This document shows positions 47,033-57,588 of a DNA stretch of 64,000 bases, piece after piece. The position numbers and the translations under genes are program-made. Position 1 is the first letter of the stretch; each line of letters starts with the position of its first letter. Below the pieces are notes generated by a model. It worked only from the letters and a program-made list of their open reading frames with translations. It did not search any database and had not been told where the DNA came from. Location of the stretch: the IMG/VR virus record IMGVR_UViG_3300046653_000093, positions 62,001-126,000 of that record. One strand, given 5' to 3'.

Positions 47033-47992
47033 TTACATATTTAGCACATATTTATTGCTAACGTACCACTGGCAAGTTTGGGCAATCCCGTCTCTGAATT
47101 TGAATTGCGGATTCCATCCAAGAGTCTTTATCTTATCATTAGACATAGCTAATCTACGATCAAAATTACTCTCGACGTGTTTGATTAACTCATGACCTTT
47201 ACCAATGGTATTACAAATCATCTGAACAACTTCCAGATTGCTAAATTCCTGCTTAGAAGTTATATTGTATATCTCTCTATCAACCCCATTATCAATGATG
47301 CTAAATAACGCAGAGCATGTATCAAATACATGTGTCCACTCTTTAGTATGAGCACCCGAATCATTGATGTTTATATTTTCTTCACTTATATATCTATCAT
47401 TCAATATACAATCAATAATTCTTGGTATTAGATTAGATGCAGTCTGCCATGGACCATAGTTATCACTCAGACGAACAATATTGTAGTGCAAACCTGATAG
47501 CCCATAAAAACTAGAAGCCTTCACCAACAACTCACCAGCCGCTTTTGTAGCAGCAAAGGTTCCTCGCGGATTTGGAGTATCTAATTCATTATATGGGCTA
47601 TCGTTCTCAGACTTTAGTTCGCCATATATATTATTGTCGCTGACATAAACCAATCTAGCATCTATTTTCATGCATTCATTGATAATATTTTGCGTTCCAA
47701 CAAGATTACTACTTACCATGGAGGCTTCATCTTTTGATTCTGCGGCTCCATGGATAACAATATCTGGGCGTTCCTTCTCAAATATTACATGTAGGGTATG
47801 AGCATCTCTAACATCTGCAATATAAAACGAATGATCGGTATTTACGTAGATGTTATGAATAATATGAGAGTCTCGCACCCTATCCATACTAGAAATGGTG
47901 TAGGGCAGTTTCGAATAGAAAACTTGCCGAATGAAGTTCCCGAAAATAAACCCCCCCGACCCCGTGATCAACAATCGCCTTCTTTTAGCCAT
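47033..47992 (-). CDS. RmlB (dTDP-glucose 4,6-dehydratase)-like SDR with degenerate active site
   Basis: HGAAES, NYGPWQ..LIP, EWTHV.D, D.R..M...KI..LGW.P; YxxxK replaced by FAATK. Confidence 0.7.
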   Translation of the reverse strand: MAKRRRLLITGSGGFIFGNFIRQVFYSKLPYTISSMDRVRDSHIIHNIYVNTDHSFYIADVRDAHTLHVIFEKERPDIVIHGAAESKDEASMVSSNLVGTQNIINECMKIDARLVYVSDNNIYGELKSENDSPYNELDTPNPRGTFAATKAAGELLVKASSFYGLSGLHYNIVRLSDNYGPWQTASNLIPRIIDCILNDRYISEENININDSGAHTKEWTHVFDTCSALFSIIDNGVDREIYNITSKQEFSNLEVVQMICNTIGKGHELIKHVESNFDRRLAMSNDKIKTLGWNPQFKFRDGIAQTCQWYVSNKYVLNM

Positions 47993-48141
47993 TAAATAAT
48001 CCCTTTTTATACATCTCTCTTAATGTATCTATACTTCTTCCAAAATATACTGGACATATATCTTTGACGCCTTGATATGTCACAATGCTACAACCAAAAT
48101 ACCACCACTGCCAGTTACCAGAACTTTCTTTCTCTTAGCCA

Positions 48142-49689
48142 TTAGGTCCTTAGTATCTCATCTTTAATTGACTTCAAATGGAACAGTATTTTCTTTAGTT
48201 TGCTTATACGTGGCAACTTTGCCTCAAAGGCTTTCAAATCAGCCAACAGAGATGGTGGTTCCACCAGCTTCGCCATCTTTTCATTTGCCATGAACATAAC
48301 TTCTACGTCAGTAACATTACGAAGTGGAGATGAGAATGGTTGTGTGCTTGGTGTGAAAGCTGAAACACCTCGCTTACCTTTATCATTAGGGTTCAGCCTA
48401 TTTTGACCAATACCAAAGCGATTCTCATACGCCTCAATGGCCTTTTTATATTCGGCAACAACCTCGGAAGCTTTCTTGACGAAGCGCGGTTTTATTCCAT
48501 CCTGTTCTACGCGCCTAAAATTGCCAGCATGCTTCTGTTTCCTATATTCAGAAGTAAACTTACTCTGAGATTTCGCATTAAGTTCTTCCTTAATGGTTGG
48601 CTGTTTAGTAATTGGCAAATCAATATTAGTTATCACGGCCATATTTCTAGCTGATTCAGGATCTATTCCAGCACGAACTAATGATTTTACATACTCATCA
48701 TTTCCACGTACTGCCACTGATACCAGCTTACCACGATCAGGAAAGGTTATTTTTTCAACTACCTTACCATCTGCTGATTTCACCTCTTTAGTATCATTGA
48801 ATGTCGAGTTGATTTTATTTGCCAACTCCTTCAAGATGCGAGCCTCTTCTGTTTCAGTGTTTTTTATCGCTCTCTCCAAAACCTCACTTATAAATTTGAC
48901 ATCAATAACCTTAGAGAATGCCAAATTATTTTCCACCAAAAGAGCAGATAGCAAGAAGCCAAAATTTCCTTTATGCCCAGCCTTATACTCATCAACTTGT
49001 CTCGGATGTGCCGCCATCACTTTCATGCATAGAGGAATCAATTTAATCTCTTCCAAGATACGCTCATCTTCGGCATCTCGAATGCTTTCAGCATTTTTGC
49101 GAGTTATTTCAGACTTAGATAATTGAACGAATTTATATCTGAATTTTGTACACACCCCATCCTTATCTGCAGATGTTGACAAAACTTCATAACGACATCC
49201 TGTCAGACCAACCAATACATCGCCATTTTGAATTAAACTAGAGGTTGTCCAACCTCCAAACTCAGAATCAAATCTAACTTTTGTGATGCCAAGATTTTTC
49301 TCAGACCTAACCACGTTAACCGTTTCACCTGCCTTTTCCAAAAGTGAATCCAAATGTTCACGCTCACGCCTGAGGCGAAGCTTATTAGCTTCGGCCTCTG
49401 ACTTCTCAAAATCAGCACGCAATTTATCCCTATAAGAAGATGATAATGGCAGCTCTAGTTCTGATATTGGTAGCTGGAATGGATAGAAACCATCCATAAA
49501 GGAAAGGCGTGGGTGTTTTTCAGTAACAATCTTTGGCAAAGAATTAAGATCGGGATAGCTCGCCTTGAGAACTTCCCAGCTAATCTGGACGGTAAGTTTT
49601 CCATTACCTTCTATGATATTAATGTCTGAAATATTTACGTTGCTAGGTATTGTATTACCAATGACCTGTTTAATAGTTGAAAGATCCAT
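48142..49689 (-). CDS. Mosaic hypothetical protein with an internal GatB/YqeY-like segment
   Basis: VMAAHPRQVDEYKAG.KG.FGFLL. Confidence 0.5.
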   Translation of the reverse strand: MDLSTIKQVIGNTIPSNVNISDINIIEGNGKLTVQISWEVLKASYPDLNSLPKIVTEKHPRLSFMDGFYPFQLPISELELPLSSSYRDKLRADFEKSEAEANKLRLRREREHLDSLLEKAGETVNVVRSEKNLGITKVRFDSEFGGWTTSSLIQNGDVLVGLTGCRYEVLSTSADKDGVCTKFRYKFVQLSKSEITRKNAESIRDAEDERILEEIKLIPLCMKVMAAHPRQVDEYKAGHKGNFGFLLSALLVENNLAFSKVIDVKFISEVLERAIKNTETEEARILKELANKINSTFNDTKEVKSADGKVVEKITFPDRGKLVSVAVRGNDEYVKSLVRAGIDPESARNMAVITNIDLPITKQPTIKEELNAKSQSKFTSEYRKQKHAGNFRRVEQDGIKPRFVKKASEVVAEYKKAIEAYENRFGIGQNRLNPNDKGKRGVSAFTPSTQPFSSPLRNVTDVEVMFMANEKMAKLVEPPSLLADLKAFEAKLPRISKLKKILFHLKSIKDEILRT

Positions 49690-49736
49690 ACTTTTGTATA
49701 TATCTATACTTTCGCCACCATTTCAGCTTCATGGCA

Positions 49737-50729
49737 TCATTTTGAGCGTTCGATATGAGCTAATCTGGCCCCATAGAATCTGGCGGCCCTCTGTGACACC
49801 TTATACCAATTGATGGTTTCTATCAGCCCATCAATTAATGACGTCCTGGCTTCAAATCCTAAAATCTCTTTAGCCCTAGACACATCAAGGCATCTACGAG
49901 GTTGCCCATCTGGATTTTCATAGTCGTAAATAATAGTTCCTTTATATCCAACAATATCACAAACAGCAGTTACGACCTCATGAATGCTGGTCTCCACCCC
50001 AGTGCCAAGATTGATTATTAGATTAGTATTTAGCTCTCGTTGAATTGCAAGCAACAAATAATGACTAACATCCTTTGCAAAAATAAAGTCTCTAGTAGCC
50101 TTTCCGGTTCCCCAGATATTAACACTATCTTGATTGAGATAATGGGCATCGCATACTTTTTTAACTATAGCCGGTATTACATGAGAGTTCTCTAGATCAA
50201 AATGATCTTTTGGCCCAAATATATTTGATGGAAGAAAGAACACAGAGTTTAATCCATATTGATCCCTATATTTCTCTCCAAGAACAAGTAATGCCTTTTT
50301 GGCAAAAGAATATCCACTATTAGAGCGGTCCTCTCTCCCATTCCAAAAATCATCTTCTTTAAATGGAGTTGCGCAATTTAATGGATAACCACAAGCAGAT
50401 CCGCAATTGTATACATTCTTAATTCTATCCAAATTAGCTTCAATTCCAGAATATAAATTTATACCCATCAACAAGTTTGTATGAGTTAAATTTGCTGGTC
50501 TGCGTTTATTCAATCCAATCCCACCAACAAAGGCAGCTAAATGTAAGATAGTATCGAAATCATTGCTCTTGAAATAGTCAAGAACGCCACCAACATTTGT
50601 AAGGTCCAATTCCTTTGATGATGGTGTTAAAATATCCAAACCATTATTAACAGCTTCTTCAACGACATGCTGCCCAAGAAAGCCAGAGGCTCCAGTAATT
50701 AATATTTTCACATCACCTCCATATTCCAT
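49737..50729 (-). CDS. fcl: GDP-L-fucose synthase
   Basis: GASGFLG, LAAFVGGIG.N, YSFAK, FDLENSHVIPA, WGTG.ATRDF, PDGQPRRCLD. Confidence 0.9.
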   Translation of the reverse strand: MEYGGDVKILITGASGFLGQHVVEEAVNNGLDILTPSSKELDLTNVGGVLDYFKSNDFDTILHLAAFVGGIGLNKRRPANLTHTNLLMGINLYSGIEANLDRIKNVYNCGSACGYPLNCATPFKEDDFWNGREDRSNSGYSFAKKALLVLGEKYRDQYGLNSVFFLPSNIFGPKDHFDLENSHVIPAIVKKVCDAHYLNQDSVNIWGTGKATRDFIFAKDVSHYLLLAIQRELNTNLIINLGTGVETSIHEVVTAVCDIVGYKGTIIYDYENPDGQPRRCLDVSRAKEILGFEARTSLIDGLIETINWYKVSQRAARFYGARLAHIERSK

Positions 50730-51661
50730 GCATCTAATATTTCCAACTCTCTTTCACTTACAATTCCATTATTTACCAAAGATATATATATATGATTCAT
50801 GTTTTGAACCTTATTTTCTCCCAAATGGCACCTGTCCAATATCTCTACTGTTCTTTCCACATCGGAATACATCTGGATTTCATCCACAAAATCCTTCATA
50901 TAATCTTGCCTAAATCTATTTTGATAGACTATAGATTTAGAAAATCCCAAATACAAATTGTCCTGTCTTAGTAATCTTTGTGCGATGTAAGATCTGAGTA
51001 TATCAGCGAATCTCCAAGATACAGTTGACGGGAAATACATATATTGGAAACATTCTTTATTCCAGAATGTACTTTGAGAATTGAATGGGGCATAAGAATT
51101 ACTATCCAATACAAATGGATATTTTACATCAAAATTCAATTGATGATTGAAAACCAATCGGTAGATAGCATCGACATCAGGGTCCTGGTCTATTAGTGTT
51201 TGCCATATACCAACCTTTTTACTATCTCTATTCGACATAGTGTATGTAATGTTTTTATTGATATAACTTAATGGAAATCCCCTATTCCAAATTTTCTCAT
51301 TTGAAAGATATCCATATATATTGGCAAATTTCTCAGAGCTTGATAATACATTATCGCACACAAATCCAGTATCAAAATTCCATGAGTCGTATGGAATGTT
51401 ATCATCATCTGTTTCGTAAATTATGTCGCTACCACAGCGCATAGCCATTAGATATCCTAAGTTCTTTCGACTATAGCGATTTGGCCCAATCATATTTGAT
51501 AGTTTTGAATTTTCTTCATAACGCAAAAATTCAATTTGTGCATCATTATATTCTGGAGTTTTCTTATCACCAACAAGAATAAGCTTCCAATTAGGGATAT
51601 TCTTGAACTTATAAATTGATTCTGTTTCAGAGTTTATTGTGGTTATGATTGTGCTATTCAT
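50708..51661 (-). CDS. STELLO/DUF288-family glycosyltransferase-like protein
   Basis: VGDKKTP, YSRKNLGYL.A, ETDDDN, RGFP, DPDVDAIYRL, PFNSQ.T.W, DILRSY.AQR. Confidence 0.85.
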   Translation of the reverse strand: MNSTIITTINSETESIYKFKNIPNWKLILVGDKKTPEYNDAQIEFLRYEENSKLSNMIGPNRYSRKNLGYLMAMRCGSDIIYETDDDNIPYDSWNFDTGFVCDNVLSSSEKFANIYGYLSNEKIWNRGFPLSYINKNITYTMSNRDSKKVGIWQTLIDQDPDVDAIYRLVFNHQLNFDVKYPFVLDSNSYAPFNSQSTFWNKECFQYMYFPSTVSWRFADILRSYIAQRLLRQDNLYLGFSKSIVYQNRFRQDYMKDFVDEIQMYSDVERTVEILDRCHLGENKVQNMNHIYISLVNNGIVSERELEILDAWNMEVM

Positions 51662-51989
51662 TGTATATTTTTACGCTATCCTCAAATAGCGATTTACCTT
51701 CTATGATAGATTTTTCAATCAATTTATTAATGGCCTCTACTAACCTTGGTCGCTTTTGTTTGAAACAGATATCTATTTTTCTTTTCAATGCCCCTAATTC
51801 CTGATCTGATATGTCTTTATGAATCAAATCTTCAAGCATCCAGGTTCGAATGTGAACTATAATTAGCTTGTCAAGAACTTCCCCTAAACTATCAGTCTCA
51901 ATATATTCTTTAGCTTCAGGAATCTCTTTCTTACCACAGATTTCTGCAACATACTCTTTTATCCGCAAATCTATAATGTCCTTTGGCAT
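51654..51989 (-). CDS. DUF4254-like protein
   Basis: SLGEVLDKL.I.HIR.W.LED. Confidence 0.5.
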   Translation of the reverse strand: MPKDIIDLRIKEYVAEICGKKEIPEAKEYIETDSLGEVLDKLIIVHIRTWMLEDLIHKDISDQELGALKRKIDICFKQKRPRLVEAINKLIEKSIIEGKSLFEDSVKIYNE

Positions 51990-51994
51990 ATAAA

Positions 51995-52804
51995 TTACAA
52001 TCCTTTTATTTCTTGTTTGATCATTTCAGGAGATACGAGTTTTATTTTTAGATTACTAAATGTAACACTTGATGAAAAAAACAGAGGATGCCGTTCACAA
52101 AGACATGCACAGTTTTTTATGAGCAATAGCTTTGAATCACAACAAATCTGGCAAACTGCACCACCTCCACTTGCTGGTGAAATAATTACATTGCATAAAG
52201 GATGATGCATAACAGATGCCCAATCTTGCAAGTTATCAAGATATGTTACGCCTTTGTCTTTCCAAACCCTTTCAGATCCAATTCCAAAAACAAATACCTG
52301 GCTATATTTTGATTTAAGCATATCTATAACTGATCGATAATAATAATCATTTAGATTTCTATCAGAACACCAATTTCTAATTCTAATCAAAACTCCTGCA
52401 AATTTTTTGGAAATATGATATTTTTCTTCAACATTTGAATAGTCAACTTTCAAAATATCATCTTTACATTCTGGATATTTGTAATGATCAATTTTACCGC
52501 AACTATATTCGTCATGTAATTCCCCAAGATCTTCAAATTTACAAACACGATCTTCTGTATATTTAAAGACATCTTCTGTATCCGGTAGGTCTTCAATCCC
52601 AATAACATTCTTGGCTATTTTTGTATATAGGAATTTTCTATCGGCTATGGTAACGACAACATCATCTGGAGTCCATATCCCTTTATGCAAATCTCTAATA
52701 TACGCCAATCTAGAGACCATAAGTTCCCAGCCGAGTTCAGTATAGTTTTCTGTTGTTCCAATATCAGATTTTTGGCCAGTACCAGTTATTATATATGTCA
52801 TCAA
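51995..52804 (-). CDS. Putative glycosyltransferase
   Basis: Cluster context; weak GT-B-like C-terminus. Confidence 0.4.
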   Translation of the reverse strand: MMTYIITGTGQKSDIGTTENYTELGWELMVSRLAYIRDLHKGIWTPDDVVVTIADRKFLYTKIAKNVIGIEDLPDTEDVFKYTEDRVCKFEDLGELHDEYSCGKIDHYKYPECKDDILKVDYSNVEEKYHISKKFAGVLIRIRNWCSDRNLNDYYYRSVIDMLKSKYSQVFVFGIGSERVWKDKGVTYLDNLQDWASVMHHPLCNVIISPASGGGAVCQICCDSKLLLIKNCACLCERHPLFFSSSVTFSNLKIKLVSPEMIKQEIKGL

Positions 52805-53884
52805 TTACCTCGAATCTGCTAAGCTCTCAACCATAGTTACTAATTTATCAGTCAGGAAATTCCAATCATTATCCTTGCGATCAAGATGAGTTTGAATTAG
52901 TTCTTGTCTTATTTTGTAATACTCATCTTTGAAATCATTACTCAAAAGTCTCTTTAGATTGGCTAGATTTTGATCTTGGCGCGCAGGGTCATATGTCCAC
53001 TTCAGGATATCGTGACCATATGGATCCCACCACTCTTCGTGGCCAAATAGCGGAAGTCCTTGGCAAAGGAACTCATTAGCAAAGTATGGAAACCCTTCTG
53101 AATATGAGGTGTGTGCCAAATATGCAAAATCGGATAATATCTCTCTAACCGCTCTGTCTGTTTTGTAAATGTGACTTATCACATTATACGATGAACTGTC
53201 AAAGTTGTTTGACTTTAGCATATCTATGAGCTGTTCTGCATTTTTGCCACCAGCATCTTTCCCACCTCTATTATAGATTAGCATTTTCAATTTAGATAAT
53301 CTAATATTTCTATTATAGAATGTAGAGAAATAGGCTTTGTCTATTGGGTGCGGAACTAGCTCTATATTTTGTATGCTTGATACTAGTAATTGTTTCGTTT
53401 CAAGCACATCAATATTATCTGAATTCCATTTGCGTATTGCTACATCATTAGTTTTGAAGATTGCGCCATAAAGCCCTTCAAGTAAAGATGGGTGAGTGGG
53501 ATATGTATTAGATCCTATTCCATACTTATTGAATTTACCATACTTCCACTTATCAACTTCAAAATTATCGTTGTCAATAATAATTGAGCGCTCAGGAAAC
53601 TTTTTCAATTGGTAAGAGGGGCGTGCAGAAATGAATACATCTTTATTTGTCATTTGTATTTCATTTTTAGGTAATACAAACTCTTCAGTTGGCCCATTTT
53701 TCCAATTGGTATATATTGTATTCTTTGGAAATTTTGCTAATATAGAATTGTATACAAAATATGTTATCTGATCCCATGAACATCTTCTGCCATGCAAATA
53801 ACCATTTGGATTTTCTGGAGGTAATGATATGTAGATATTCATAACCTTATCCACTCTGGAGGTGCTAGGTCTGTTGTTGACCAT
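52805..53884 (-). CDS. Putative GT-B glycosyltransferase
   Basis: SYSEGFPYFANEFLCQGLP (EX7E motif). Confidence 0.55.
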   Translation of the reverse strand: MVNNRPSTSRVDKVMNIYISLPPENPNGYLHGRRCSWDQITYFVYNSILAKFPKNTIYTNWKNGPTEEFVLPKNEIQMTNKDVFISARPSYQLKKFPERSIIIDNDNFEVDKWKYGKFNKYGIGSNTYPTHPSLLEGLYGAIFKTNDVAIRKWNSDNIDVLETKQLLVSSIQNIELVPHPIDKAYFSTFYNRNIRLSKLKMLIYNRGGKDAGGKNAEQLIDMLKSNNFDSSSYNVISHIYKTDRAVREILSDFAYLAHTSYSEGFPYFANEFLCQGLPLFGHEEWWDPYGHDILKWTYDPARQDQNLANLKRLLSNDFKDEYYKIRQELIQTHLDRKDNDWNFLTDKLVTMVESLADSR

Positions 53885-54564
53885 GCGCTATAAGCGGGAC
53901 CAAACCAATTGCTAGGCGCAACAACTACCTTATCTTCTGCCTTACTTAACCACGCCGCCCACCAAGAAAAAGAACTATTTGCTATAATGAAATCGGAACA
54001 ACTAACCATTTTACTGAAATCAGAAATTGTAGAAGATGTCTCGTTTATAGTAAACTCATTGCCCTTGAAGTTTTGTTTGCACCATTCAGTATCATCAGAA
54101 AATACCATGAATTTCTTCGTTGGAATCTTTTCTGCTGCACTCATATAATATTGCATCGTTTGAGTTGGATGATGCTTTGGATAGTTTAAATAATCTCCAC
54201 GGCGAACATGAATACAACAATAATCCTTCATGTCTTCAACTGGAATTGGCGATAATATTTCTTTGATGTAATCCTTGCAATTATCAAAGTATCTCCAGCT
54301 TTGAAAATAACCAGATAATGAACAGTTATTCTGAAATGGTATCTCTACATAATGATACCCAGATTCTTTGTATTGTGTAGATATCTTAATAGAAGACTTA
54401 TCAATAAAATACTCGTCTGGTATGTTTGTCCAACTTTGAAATTCCCATTTTGGAAAGCAAAACTGAACATTGTATCTCTTCGCATATCCAATAGTTGCAG
54501 CTATCTGAAATAAGGAATTACCAAATCGACCATGATGCCCAAGTTCAATAAATGTAGCTGTCAT
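53839..54564 (-). CDS. GT11 alpha-1,2-fucosyltransferase
   Basis: GRFGNSLFQ, GYFQS, HVRRGDY, FSDD, IANSSFSWW.AWL. Confidence 0.92.
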   Translation of the reverse strand: MTATFIELGHHGRFGNSLFQIAATIGYAKRYNVQFCFPKWEFQSWTNIPDEYFIDKSSIKISTQYKESGYHYVEIPFQNNCSLSGYFQSWRYFDNCKDYIKEILSPIPVEDMKDYCCIHVRRGDYLNYPKHHPTQTMQYYMSAAEKIPTKKFMVFSDDTEWCKQNFKGNEFTINETSSTISDFSKMVSCSDFIIANSSFSWWAAWLSKAEDKVVVAPSNWFGPAYSAWSTTDLAPPEWIRL

Positions 54565-54565
54565 A

Positions 54566-55324
54566 TCATCTATCCATGATTCTCTTGTATGGAAGCATCG
54601 ACCTGATTCTTCTTTCTGTTTCAATTTGCAAACTTCGGTCTACTTTCGCTTCATTAATTGGCGATGTATAATTGTATACATATAATACATCTGGTATAAA
54701 TGATTGCTTAGGACCGGCAAGCTCAAGCATTGGGAACATAGTAGCCAAATCTCCAGCCGCCCTAAACCAATCACCTTTGTACATCAAATCTTCTTTGCGT
54801 ATCATCTTGTAAAGCCAAGCATAATGAGTTCTTAAGTGAGATGAACACCATTGATAGCGCCTAAACATATTGGAATCAATTATGTTCTTAGGTATCTCAC
54901 ACGAAAATCCATGACTATTATCTGAATATGATATCCATTGACCATAGGTAATCCATATATCTTTTTCATTGTACTCTCTATTTACACGAGTCAATACATC
55001 ATTGTTTGCAAGCCAATCATCACCATCTAACAGAACAACAATCTCGTCATCATCACAACTATGTATCATGTTGTATGTATTACCAATTGGTAATAGACGT
55101 TTAGTATTTCTAGTCAGAATAATTTTATGATTATTGTCATGCTTGGAGATAATGCGTTCTACCTCATCGGCGGTCCCATCAGTTGAACAATCATCTGCAT
55201 AAATAATCCTAAAGTCTGGATAATTCTGGTTCAAGGCAGAAAGAAGATTCTTCTCGCACCAATCTATATTTTGATAGCTTGGAATTACAATAACAAATCG
55301 ATTAACTTTTGACATACAAAGCAT
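54566..55324 (-). CDS. GT2 glycosyltransferase
   Basis: DDCSTD, LDGDDWL. Confidence 0.85.
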   Translation of the reverse strand: MLCMSKVNRFVIVIPSYQNIDWCEKNLLSALNQNYPDFRIIYADDCSTDGTADEVERIISKHDNNHKIILTRNTKRLLPIGNTYNMIHSCDDDEIVVLLDGDDWLANNDVLTRVNREYNEKDIWITYGQWISYSDNSHGFSCEIPKNIIDSNMFRRYQWCSSHLRTHYAWLYKMIRKEDLMYKGDWFRAAGDLATMFPMLELAGPKQSFIPDVLYVYNYTSPINEAKVDRSLQIETERRIRSMLPYKRIMDR

Positions 55325-55913
55325 CTCCCCAAGTCATACCATCCCACCAGGTACCAACTCTCTTGAATCCATAGCTACCCAGAAAGCCATCTATCTCACC
55401 AACTAAAGCACAGTTTTTGTATAACTCTGCTCTATTAACCTCAGCATATACATAATCTATGCCCTTCAAAGTATCAATTCCACCTTTAAAAACCTCCAAC
55501 TCATATCCCTGTACATCAATATTTATGAAGTTGTACAAAGCACAATCAAATGGCAACAAATCAAGCTTTGTAACACCAACCTTAATCTTGCCGTTGAATA
55601 TTATATCTGGATACTGACTTAGGTGCTGATGTGGCTGTAATAAAGACGATGATTGACCTTGATTGGCAACTTCAGTAAACATATCTGCTTCGCCTTCAAA
55701 ATTGCCAAGAGCAACATTGAATAATGTGCACTCGCTCCCAACATTTTTTGAAAGAATGTTGAAGTTGTCTAGTTGTGGCTCTACAAATATTATATTAGTC
55801 AGTCCGATGTCTTTGTAATAAACATACTCCTGACCACGGTGGCCTCCTATGTGAATTACACCGCGAATATTCAAATCAAAATCAGAAATAAGATTCGGAA
55901 GAGGTTTTAGCAT
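55302..55913 (-). CDS. FkbM-family methyltransferase
   Basis: HIGGH.GQE, VEP, IDVQGYELEV.KG. Confidence 0.88.
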   Translation of the reverse strand: MLKPLPNLISDFDLNIRGVIHIGGHRGQEYVYYKDIGLTNIIFVEPQLDNFNILSKNVGSECTLFNVALGNFEGEADMFTEVANQGQSSSLLQPHQHLSQYPDIIFNGKIKVGVTKLDLLPFDCALYNFINIDVQGYELEVFKGGIDTLKGIDYVYAEVNRAELYKNCALVGEIDGFLGSYGFKRVGTWWDGMTWGDALYVKS

Positions 55914-55947
55914 ATAAACCCATATATAACACGATATATTTGCAATT

Positions 55948-56871
55948 ATGGATATTAATATTGTATACGACGCTATCAAAACCACCGAGATTTTATATGA
56001 AGGACCAGAGGGGAAGGTATATTATTCGCCTACTAGAAAAGAAAGAATGCCAAATATTTTTCAAAGCCTATGCAACAACCCAAACCCAAATGATAGCGCT
56101 CTTATGGCTGAACCAATAGTAGTCTCACCAGGAAACTACGATGTTAATTATCTGTCAAGGTTCAGGAAAGTATTTGGATGTTTTGAAAAAGCTTTCGAAA
56201 ACACCAAAATCAAAGAAAAATATGTGTGCGTAAATTATGGATATGATTTGAAAATTCACTCTCCATTATTGCAAATAGATGCAGAATCTATAAGAGAAAA
56301 TTGGAAATCATGGAACCAACGCAACGGAATGATTGTTATTGCCGGTGGTAGTAAGAATTCCACACATCAGGCATCAATTTATTGCCTAAGATTAATGATT
56401 GCAGATTTGTTCTATCAAAACAATTTTGAAGTAGCATGGTATGGTCAGCAACACTGCAATAGACCATATTACAAAGGAGCGGTTCACGACAAAATTAGTG
56501 AAATAGGCAAATACAAGTTTGTAATATGTTCTGAAAATACATATGACCCAATTTATTCACATAATTATCTAACAGAAAAATTACCTCATGCTATTTACGG
56601 AGGAGCTCTTCCTCTTTATATTGGCTGCTATAATATAGATGACCTTGCACCTAAACATACATTTTTTGATCTGAGAAATTTTGTCTTACAAAATTACGGC
56701 CAAGTAACACTATTAAAAGAACCATTGCTAGAAGCTATAAAATCATTTAGTCAAGAAAATTTCGAACGATATCAAGAGGCAGCATATCAATTCATAAAAG
56801 ATCCTCTTGGTATTAATTATCATATGGATCCTAATAGAGTTTACAAAAAAATGTTAGATACATTACAATAG
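55948..56871 (+). CDS. GT10 alpha-1,3-fucosyltransferase-like protein
   Basis: YKFVICSEN......YLTEKL..A...GALPLY.G. Confidence 0.8.
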   Translation: MDINIVYDAIKTTEILYEGPEGKVYYSPTRKERMPNIFQSLCNNPNPNDSALMAEPIVVSPGNYDVNYLSRFRKVFGCFEKAFENTKIKEKYVCVNYGYDLKIHSPLLQIDAESIRENWKSWNQRNGMIVIAGGSKNSTHQASIYCLRLMIADLFYQNNFEVAWYGQQHCNRPYYKGAVHDKISEIGKYKFVICSENTYDPIYSHNYLTEKLPHAIYGGALPLYIGCYNIDDLAPKHTFFDLRNFVLQNYGQVTLLKEPLLEAIKSFSQENFERYQEAAYQFIKDPLGINYHMDPNRVYKKMLDTLQ

Positions 56872-57588
56872 ATTGAATATCTTATTCAATTCATTGTTAT
56901 ACTTCGAATATGGCCTAACCGAATGAATATCATAATAGTAACCTTTGCTAACCAATTTTCTATCGTATCTCCAAGTTGAGCGATCTATCCTGTGCCCATT
57001 CTGACCGCCATCTCGCTGAATGAAATGAAACAGTGACTTATACTCATAATTATTTATTAGCATTGTTGAAGATACTTCATCAACAGACCAATGCTCATTA
57101 CCATCATGGTTAGTATTAATTCCATTTGAGGATATAATTGCTTTATCTATATACATATCAAAATCAACATTCCCAAGAACCTTGCTGTAAGTATTCCCAG
57201 ATGCAATATGATAGCAAGCCGGGATATTGTTTGCACATGGGTTTATGTGAACGTATTTATCGTTCGAGATCTGCTCTAGTTGAGTATTGAAGTAAAAATT
57301 TGACAGCGGATACATATCAATATCAGAAATAATACCAATCTTATTTCCAAGTTGTGTCGCATACCAATACCTAACAATTTGACATTGTAAAGATATTGAA
57401 AATCTTGGAATTGGCTTTATTCTAATTACATTACCATATTCTTCTGATATATTAATACTCTCGTTATCTTCTATATAAAGCAATATAGGGTTTATATTCA
57501 ATCTTCTCCATGCTTTAGACACAGAAGGCCAAAAATCCAAATAGAATGAATTTGAGTTAGAACTATTTATAGCAACATCTATTTTCAT
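56863..57588 (-). CDS. Putative GT-A glycosyltransferase
   Basis: ISDIDMYPLS DxD motif; cluster context. Confidence 0.5.
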   Translation of the reverse strand: MKIDVAINSSNSNSFYLDFWPSVSKAWRRLNINPILLYIEDNESINISEEYGNVIRIKPIPRFSISLQCQIVRYWYATQLGNKIGIISDIDMYPLSNFYFNTQLEQISNDKYVHINPCANNIPACYHIASGNTYSKVLGNVDFDMYIDKAIISSNGINTNHDGNEHWSVDEVSSTMLINNYEYKSLFHFIQRDGGQNGHRIDRSTWRYDRKLVSKGYYYDIHSVRPYSKYNNELNKIFNLL

